A DNA stretch of 10,492 nucleotides from a virus. Below the pieces are notes generated by a model that saw only the letters and a list, made by a program, of their open reading frames with translations, did not search any database and was not told where the DNA came from. Made by a program: the position numbers and the translations under genes. Of this stretch, positions 5,328-10,492 are shown piece after piece (the first letter of the stretch is position 1; each line of letters opens with the position of its first letter). The stretch lies in IMG/VR virus record IMGVR_UViG_3300020029_000002, positions 1-10,492 of that record, one strand, 5' to 3'.

Positions 5328-6353
5328 TTAACGTTTTTTGCTGGCAGCCTTACCAGACCAAGTATCACCAACAGCACCGGCAATCATCTTAGCATAATCA
5401 AAAATATTATCACCCCAAGGGAGGCCAAGCTGATCAAGAGCTTCGCGACCAGACGCAAGTTCAGGACCAAAAGCCTGCCAAGCATTAGATGGAAAACTTT
5501 CCCTTATATCAAAATCGTGTTTAAAACCAGCTTCTTGCAAATCTTTATTCACAGAAGCGTTAAAAGCAGCAATCTCCTTTTGCGTCATAGACTGGATATC
5601 ATAACCGTACTTTTGCGCAGCGGCATGAATAGAAGCAGCCACCTTCTGAGCAGCAGCAGACTGATCAGAAGCATACTTGGTACCAGCCAAATGAGCATCC
5701 GCGGTGTACTTCTGAGCCATAGCCTGGATGTTAGCAGTATTAAGTTGGGTCTGAGCTTGCAGACCAGCAATATCCTTGGAAGTCTTAGAGGAAAGCTCGG
5801 AAGTATATTTACTCATAGCCGTATACTTATCCGCAATAGCCTGATTAGATTGAGCAGATACACGAGTAGCCTCTAAGGAAAGAAAGGAAGAAAGCAGAGT
5901 ACCAAGAAGACCAGAGATAGCGGAATTAGCGCTAGTATCAACATTACCCATAGCACCACTCGGAGCGCTAGAAGATGCCGAAGCGCCGGAAGTGACAGCA
6001 GCACCGCTGCCGCCAGTAACACTAAGAACGGGATTAAGACCAGCCGCAATTAAATCACGTACCTCTCTCTGATGGGCGGTAGAGCTCATACGCTCCTGCC
6101 AATCACGATTTTTTTGGGCTTCCTCAGAATTGTATTTTCTTGCAATCTGGGATTGCTGCTCCTGCCAGGCCCGCAGCTCCTCCGCCTGTTTGGCGGAGGC
6201 TGCGGAATTCTGGCCGGCGATACCTTGGAGAGCACCAACATAAGAGCCGAACTTATTAGCAGCAGAAGAAGGGGGGGTAGACTGCTGCTTCGCGGAAAGT
6301 TGCTGCTTCGCCTGGGTATATTTAGAGCCAAAAGCCCATTCGCCGAGCGTCAT
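5328..6353 (-). CDS. VP2: VP2 minor capsid / DNA pilot protein, unit B (341 aa)
   Basis: ATG at 6353 lies 9 nt after GGAGG; TAA at 5330-5328. The central region is near-identical to unit A VP2. The N-terminal ~35 aa and C-terminal ~60 aa are unrelated, and there is an 11-aa insertion (SSKTSKDIAGL). Confidence 0.85.
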   Translation of the reverse strand: MTLGEWAFGSKYTQAKQQLSAKQQSTPPSSAANKFGSYVGALQGIAGQNSAASAKQAEELRAWQEQQSQIARKYNSEEAQKNRDWQERMSSTAHQREVRDLIAAGLNPVLSVTGGSGAAVTSGASASSSAPSGAMGNVDTSANSAISGLLGTLLSSFLSLEATRVSAQSNQAIADKYTAMSKYTSELSSKTSKDIAGLQAQTQLNTANIQAMAQKYTADAHLAGTKYASDQSAAAQKVAASIHAAAQKYGYDIQSMTQKEIAAFNASVNKDLQEAGFKHDFDIRESFPSNAWQAFGPELASGREALDQLGLPWGDNIFDYAKMIAGAVGDTWSGKAASKKR

Positions 6354-6357
6354 TATA

Positions 6358-6495
6358 TCATACCTCCTTAGTGGTGGTCAATAAGACCAGGGATAGAATA
6401 CACAGGCATAGGCCGAGTAGCCTTACACTGGATGTAGAGGTCGGCAAACATTTGGTTAGACACAGAACTTGTAACAGCAAGTACGCGATCAACAT
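6358..6495 (-). CDS. Hypothetical overprinted ORF (45 aa, hydrophobic), unit B counterpart of 1207-1341; speculative
   Basis: The GGGAGGA SD and ATG (6495-6493) are the same as in unit A. The product is MLIAYLLLQVLCLTKCLPTSTSSVRLLGLCLCILSLVLLTTTKEV. Confidence 0.2.
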   Translation of the reverse strand: MLIAYLLLQVLCLTKCLPTSTSSVRLLGLCLCILSLVLLTTTKEV

Positions 6496-8020
6496 TAGTT
6501 TTATCCTCCCGAATCCAAGCATCAGAAAGCTTAGGGAGCTGGGTATACTCGTCGGCAAGATGCCAGACATCCAAAGAGGCCGGAGCCTTAGAGCGCATTT
6601 CACCAGCAACACGAGACGGCTTGTAACGGTAGTCGGCCCAGGCTTCTTGGTAGCCAAAAACTTCATTGTCCTGGGCAGTGCCCTGGGCGTAAATCTCCTT
6701 ATTCAGGATAGGCTGCTCACCAATATTGGCGAAAACCGGGAAATAGTAGTCCAAACGGTCACGACGGGACCAAAAACGCTCAAGTCCCTGCTGGTAAGTA
6801 TGGTCATAACGGGCAACCATAATGCCGATCACAAAACCATGCTCCACAAAAGACTTAATAAAATCGCCATGCACATCAGTTGTGACAGAGAAAGCAGCAG
6901 TATCACCAAGAGGAGTACCTTCGGCTTGAGTAGAAGAACTCTGAACGACCTGGTTAATATTGACAGGGATACGATTGCCGCCAAGATACTCAGGGCGCTG
7001 AAGACGAGCGTCAGGACTGGTAACACCGAAGTGAGACTTAAGAATTTCAATGTAACGAGTACCTCCTCTTGCATCCTTTTCATAAAGCTTTTGCACCTGA
7101 AAAGCCATGCGGAGCTGATTGATAGTAGCAGAGGAAACAGAACCGTCATTGATGGCCCAAAGATTAGTAGGAACAAAGGACGAGACATTACCAGGAAGAG
7201 TACTTACATGAGCATTAAGAGCACCAGGTTCAGGAGAAGTACTTTCATTAACGCAAACCACATTATAAGGCATTTCATCAAAAGTCCTAATTTTAAGAGG
7301 AAAAGAAGACAAACCAGAACTTTCGCTAAGAGTTCGAACAGGATAATTCGCACCACCAGACACAGGGATGGTCACATCAGGGCCTTTCTGCGGAGCAGGC
7401 AGCGCGGAAGTGAAGTAGTCGTGGAACTTGGCGGCCTTAAAGGGCATGCCGCCTTTAACAACATCGGTGATATAATTGGTGCCATTGGAACCTGCAAGGG
7501 TAGCATCATCCACAGGGATATTGAGCGGATCGGAAAGGTTTTCGTCACGAAACCACTCGTTCATAATAAGGGCGTAGGCACGGAAGGGGAGGGCGTTAAC
7601 AGAGAGGTTAGCAACACCAGTAGGGATGCCCATATAGTCGGCAATGGAACCAATAGACCAGCCACCAGAGGGCGCAGTTACCTGAGGGACAGAGTACTCA
7701 GTCTTGGGAATCCAAGCGGACTGTGTATTCTCACCCATCAGCTCACGCCAATGCTGCCAGACAATACGGTTAGGCACGAAGTAAAAATAAGTGTCCAGGT
7801 AAAGATTGTCCATCATGGGAGTGAGCAGCGTTTGGAGGCGGGCCACCATAGAAGTCTTCAACTGGAAAGTGTCTCCAGGTAAAACTTCATCGACATAGAA
7901 GGGGATAACGTCTCCGACGTTGAAACTGAGTTTAACGCTATGGTCACGCCGAAAAGTACTACGAGCAATGTCAAGGTTAGTAGGATTAAGAGCAAATCTT
8001 GTATTTTCATTACGAGACAA
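6368..8020 (-). CDS. VP1: VP1 major capsid protein, unit B (550 aa from the conserved TTG)
   Basis: The ORF track extends to GTG 8092. The TTG at 8020-8018 behind GGAGGT, homologous to the unit A start, is the supported start. The protein is nearly identical to unit A except for residues ~221-296. Confidence 0.93.
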   Translation of the reverse strand: MSRNENTRFALNPTNLDIARSTFRRDHSVKLSFNVGDVIPFYVDEVLPGDTFQLKTSMVARLQTLLTPMMDNLYLDTYFYFVPNRIVWQHWRELMGENTQSAWIPKTEYSVPQVTAPSGGWSIGSIADYMGIPTGVANLSVNALPFRAYALIMNEWFRDENLSDPLNIPVDDATLAGSNGTNYITDVVKGGMPFKAAKFHDYFTSALPAPQKGPDVTIPVSGGANYPVRTLSESSGLSSFPLKIRTFDEMPYNVVCVNESTSPEPGALNAHVSTLPGNVSSFVPTNLWAINDGSVSSATINQLRMAFQVQKLYEKDARGGTRYIEILKSHFGVTSPDARLQRPEYLGGNRIPVNINQVVQSSSTQAEGTPLGDTAAFSVTTDVHGDFIKSFVEHGFVIGIMVARYDHTYQQGLERFWSRRDRLDYYFPVFANIGEQPILNKEIYAQGTAQDNEVFGYQEAWADYRYKPSRVAGEMRSKAPASLDVWHLADEYTQLPKLSDAWIREDKTNVDRVLAVTSSVSNQMFADLYIQCKATRPMPVYSIPGLIDHH

Positions 8021-8055
8021 GTTAATACCTCCAGTCTGTAACGGTTGTTCAAAAG

Positions 8056-8076
8056 GAGGGGCCCATGGGGCCCCTC
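8056..8076 (-). terminator. GC-rich stem-loop, unit B (same 9-bp stem, 3-nt loop) followed by CTTTTG on the coding strand; possible leaky terminator
   Basis: GAGGGGCCC (8056-8064) and GGGCCCCTC (8068-8076). The loop is ATG here and ACAGA in unit A. Confidence 0.35.
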
Positions 8077-8090
8077 GCTCTCTGTTGTTC

Positions 8091-8111
8091 ACACGGCCAG
8101 GGCGGCCGTGT
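8091..8111. repeat. Second GC-rich stem-loop, unit B (ACACGGCC/GGCCGTGT)
   Basis: Identical to 2975-2995. Confidence 0.5.
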
Positions 8112-8154
8112 AGGCTGCTTTAATCAGATTCAGCCAATGTCAGGAATATGAAAT

Positions 8155-8676
8155 TTAACCAGCGGGTGAGGCTGGGGCGGGGGTAGATACATCACCTCCT
8201 TCACTGGAATGGCCCTGGGAGGCCGTAGGAGGCTCACCAGCAGGTTTTTCAGTGGTGGGGGGTGTAACCATACCCATAGACTCTAACCAGCTCTCAGAGC
8301 CTGCTTGAGCGAGCCAAGCATGAAAGGATTGGCCGAACTTCTCTCGGGTCTCAAGGGGTAAGCTCATAAACGTCTGCTCGGCCTCTATCATGTGATTGAG
8401 CAGCCCGGCATAGGTCTGGGGCATCTGGCTGAAATCACCAAACATGCCTTGCACCTTTTGCAGAACGGCAGTATCACCAGCATTGAACCTGTCCATAATT
8501 TTATGGAGGTCAACGGAATCTTTGTGGCTCTGGATGAAGGCATAGAGGTCTTCTTTGCCGCTCTCCTTGAGGGTCATAACGCCGAAGCGGTCGAACTCGG
8601 GGGAATAGAGAATCTTTTCGCCGGAGCCGGGCTCAGAGCAAAAATGCTCCTGATCGCGGTGCCAAGTCTGGAACAT
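8155..8676 (-). CDS. VP3: VP3 internal scaffolding protein, unit B (173 aa)
   Basis: It has the same start context as unit A. The body is near-identical, and the Pro/Ala-rich C-terminal tail is diverged and 3 aa longer. Confidence 0.8.
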   Translation of the reverse strand: MFQTWHRDQEHFCSEPGSGEKILYSPEFDRFGVMTLKESGKEDLYAFIQSHKDSVDLHKIMDRFNAGDTAVLQKVQGMFGDFSQMPQTYAGLLNHMIEAEQTFMSLPLETREKFGQSFHAWLAQAGSESWLESMGMVTPPTTEKPAGEPPTASQGHSSEGGDVSTPAPASPAG

Positions 8677-8945
8677 CAGACATCCTCCTTCTGCTGCATA
8701 GAGCGAAGAACCTCCGCGCCGTCGGAAATGAGCTCGTGGAGCTGGGCCGGAATGAGAACGCCTTTGTCAGAATCGAACTCGCCAATACGGAAAAGCTGAA
8801 AATCGGAAGCATGGGTAAAAAGCACGCCTTTGGATTCCATAATGGCGTTAGCAAAATTGCGAGCGGCGATATAGTCGTTCTGCTCAGTGTTGAGACCGAA
8901 GAAACCAGAACGCAGGTCACGAATGGCGTAAACGTTAAGCATCAT
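8676..8945 (-). CDS. VP5: VP5-like conserved nonstructural protein, unit B (89 aa)
   Basis: The protein is 100 percent identical to unit A, although I count 9 nucleotide substitutions, all synonymous. Confidence 0.7.
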   Translation of the reverse strand: MMLNVYAIRDLRSGFFGLNTEQNDYIAARNFANAIMESKGVLFTHASDFQLFRIGEFDSDKGVLIPAQLHELISDGAEVLRSMQQKEDV

Positions 8946-9007
8946 TTTTATCATCCTCCAAAAAACCAGAAATTTCAATCAAACGGATTTGAAGCTCCAA
9001 GGCCATC

Positions 9008-9098
9008 AACTGGTAAAAATAAACTAGTAAAAATCGAGGACACAAACTGGTAAAAATAAACTAGTAAAAATCGAGGCCAGAAACTAGTAAAAGTCGAG
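9008..9098. repeat. AT-rich tandem repeat: two 37-nt periods (32 nt exact, 9008-9039 = 9045-9076) plus a partial third copy; present only in unit B
   Basis: The sub-motif AACT(G/A)GTAAAA(A/G)T occurs five times, starting at 9008, 9022, 9045, 9059 and 9082. A related AACTCATAAAAAT occurs at 9151 and at 3891 in unit A. Confidence 0.85.
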
Positions 9099-9263
9099 CT
9101 CCGTATAACCAGAAAGTTCAATTAAGCGGATTTGCAACTCCAGGGCAAGGAACTCATAAAAATCAAGCTCCATATCGAGAGAGCGCCAAACTTTGGCGGC
9201 CAGCTCGTAACAGTCGGCATCGAGATTCAACCGGACACAGACGGTAGCACGTTCGTCATTCAC
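9084..9263 (-). CDS. Small acidic hypothetical protein, unit B (59 aa, C-terminus remodelled by the repeat insertion)
   Basis: One residue below the shortest ORF in the track. It has the same GTG start and GGAGG as unit A. The product is MNDERATVCVRLNLDADCYELAAKVWRSLDMELDFYEFLALELQIRLIELSGYTELDFY, and the TAG stop (9086-9084) lies inside the first repeat copy. Confidence 0.5.
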   Translation of the reverse strand: MNDERATVCVRLNLDADCYELAAKVWRSLDMELDFYEFLALELQIRLIELSGYTELDFY

Positions 9264-9373
9264 ATCCTGATGCCTCCGCGATAGATTTTGGGATTCACAT
9301 TGATTCGCTTGGAATTGACAGCGGTGTGGCGGAAGACTTGCCTATCCTGGGAACGCTTCATACGTCGAGCCAT
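9260..9373 (-). CDS. Small highly basic J/VP8-like protein, unit B (37 aa)
   Basis: The product MARRMKRSQDRQVFRHTAVNSKRINVNPKIYRGGIRM has one replacement (K4R) against unit A plus several synonymous changes. Confidence 0.7.
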   Translation of the reverse strand: MARRMKRSQDRQVFRHTAVNSKRINVNPKIYRGGIRM

Positions 9374-9375
9374 AA

Positions 9376-10455
9376 TTACAACTCCCTTCTCAAATTTTTT
9401 ATACGATTATGGAGCACGCGCTCCTGGGTCTCGAGGATTTCTTCGTAGGTCATAGTGGACTGGGCCAGCTTGGCCTTCTTGCCTTCCTCGGCAAAGTGCT
9501 TGCGCTTGGCCTTAATCTCAGCCATAAGCTCCGGTTGTTCCAGGTCAAACAGCTTATCGAAATACTTAGGGGGACGAATCTTACGGCCACCATCTGGGGT
9601 GGAGATAGAGATAGTATCATACTCCATGCACTCGGGATGGTCTTCGTACCACCGGCGGCCAATACCAGGGCGGCGAGACATGTCGACATACTCGGGCTGG
9701 ATGTTAAACGTCTGGTAGGCATCGGCCTCGGGGCCAGAGGCTTTCTTGAGGACGTACCGGGCGACGTAAGCGCAGGTTTCCCAGTTAACTTGACCAACCA
9801 AAACATAGCCAATAGGCTTCCGGACGCAAGGGGTGTCATACGCCCCTTTCTGTTCTACCACAGACCAAGCCCGTTGTAAAGACTCCGAGTAAAAATACTG
9901 ATATCCGACATCGCCACGCCGGATATCCTGCACAGGCATCAAGTCATGCAAGTGGAGTCCAAAAACTATTGCATGGTAATGAGGCCGGAAGGTGGTGGAG
10001 CCATACTCACCGCACATAAAATACCGAATATGGTCATCCGGGAAGGCTTTCCGAAGACGCTTCCAGAAAAGCTGCATGTGACGCTTCTCCAAACTAAGTG
10101 ACTGCATCGCCTCTCCGGTCTCCGGATCAGCATACCAATGGCGGGGTACATGTTCTTCATCATAGGTCAAGGTCAAGAAGTAGGCGGAATCGTGATATTC
10201 GAGTTCCATCATACAGCGGTTAGCCCAATCACGAGAGCGGGCTATACGGCAGCCTTCACACTTGCCACAGGGGATTTCAACCCAATCAAGCCAGGTCTTT
10301 TCAGCGTAGGCGGAAATCTCGGGGACATCGGACGTACAAATGCGACCCTTGCGCAGCTCCAAATGATGAACACCATAGGGGACTATCTTCATTTCGGCCT
10401 TGCCATTCTTGGTAAAACCGACTTGAAAACCCTTAAGGGGGTGAAAACATGACAA
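9376..10455 (-). CDS. VP4: VP4 replication initiation protein (HUH Rep), unit B (359 aa)
   Basis: It has the same TTG start, SD and motifs I-III as unit A. Twelve of 359 residues differ from unit A, while many more nucleotide differences are synonymous. Confidence 0.95.
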   Translation of the reverse strand: MSCFHPLKGFQVGFTKNGKAEMKIVPYGVHHLELRKGRICTSDVPEISAYAEKTWLDWVEIPCGKCEGCRIARSRDWANRCMMELEYHDSAYFLTLTYDEEHVPRHWYADPETGEAMQSLSLEKRHMQLFWKRLRKAFPDDHIRYFMCGEYGSTTFRPHYHAIVFGLHLHDLMPVQDIRRGDVGYQYFYSESLQRAWSVVEQKGAYDTPCVRKPIGYVLVGQVNWETCAYVARYVLKKASGPEADAYQTFNIQPEYVDMSRRPGIGRRWYEDHPECMEYDTISISTPDGGRKIRPPKYFDKLFDLEQPELMAEIKAKRKHFAEEGKKAKLAQSTMTYEEILETQERVLHNRIKNLRREL

Positions 10456-10492
10456 CTAACTACCTCCAATCGCTACACTCTTAGAGCCGCAA
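10372..10492. repeat. Terminal direct repeat (right copy), identical to 1-121
   Basis: Exact match to the first 121 nt of the window. Confidence 0.95.

Larger units (their letters stand above)
5112..10371 (-). other. Gokushovirus-like genome unit B, a diverged second copy with a complete gene set
   Basis: Same gene order as unit A. It is 149 nt longer, which is exactly the sum of the indels seen: +143 insertion at 9006-9148, +45 VP2, +9 VP3, -36 VP1, +3 VP1-VP2 spacer, -10 VP3-VP1 spacer, -5 VP2-palindrome spacer. Confidence 0.9.

Noticed and set aside
6371-7882. Very long plus-strand ORFs antisense to VP1 (503 aa in unit B; 314 aa and 243 aa at 1217-2161 and 2192-2923 in unit A).
   Set aside because: Their extent is not conserved between the two units, since the frame is broken in unit A. 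They have no SD-supported start. The products are low-complexity and rich in R, K, S and T. Open frames antisense to a strongly codon-biased gene are a common artefact.
8021-8092. 24-codon N-terminal extension of unit B VP1 from a GTG at 8092 (MNNRERGAPWAPP...).
   Set aside because: No SD precedes the GTG. The extension reads through the two intergenic hairpins. In unit A the same sequence is out of frame because the hairpin loop differs by 2 nt. The TTG behind GGAGGT is conserved in both units.
9008-9098. The tandem repeats as a mini CRISPR array.
   Set aside because: There are only about 2.5 copies. The copies are directly abutting, with no unique spacers, and there are no cas genes. The repeat derives from adjacent coding sequence.
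1-10492. An integrated tandem prophage in a bacterial chromosome.
   Set aside because: There is no host flanking sequence, no integrase, and no recognisable dif-like (ATAA-N6-TTAT type) site. The window ends overlap each other, which indicates a closed circle or an assembly loop rather than chromosomal context.

Overview
The window holds two head-to-tail, diverged copies of a complete Gokushovirinae-type Microviridae (ssDNA phage) genome, with periods of 5111 nt (1 -> 5112) and 5260 nt (5112 -> 10372). All genes are on the minus strand. The order on the coding strand is VP4 (HUH rolling-circle Rep), a 37-aa basic J/VP8-like protein, a 59-61 aa acidic ORF, VP5, VP3 (scaffold), VP1 (major capsid) and VP2 (minor capsid/pilot). 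Positions 1-121 are identical to 10372-10492, so the record closes into a 10,371-nt circle containing both units. There are no host genes, integrase, tRNA or CRISPR. Divergence between the units is mosaic. A 198-nt block covering the rep start, its 5' leader and a 37-nt palindrome is identical at both unit junctions. Most coding sequence differs mainly at synonymous sites. The VP1 surface-loop segment, both VP2 termini and the VP3 tail are essentially unalignable. Unit B also carries a 143-nt repeat-containing insertion upstream of VP5. The main open question is whether this heterodimer is a real molecule (cointegrate, replicative dimer or tandem array) or a figure-eight assembly artefact joining two co-occurring strains through the shared exact repeat. 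Secondary leads are a candidate origin/recombination palindrome, a possible overprinted small hydrophobic ORF in the VP1 3' end, conserved GC-rich hairpins between VP3 and VP1, and conserved TTG/GTG starts behind strong GGAGG Shine-Dalgarno sites.
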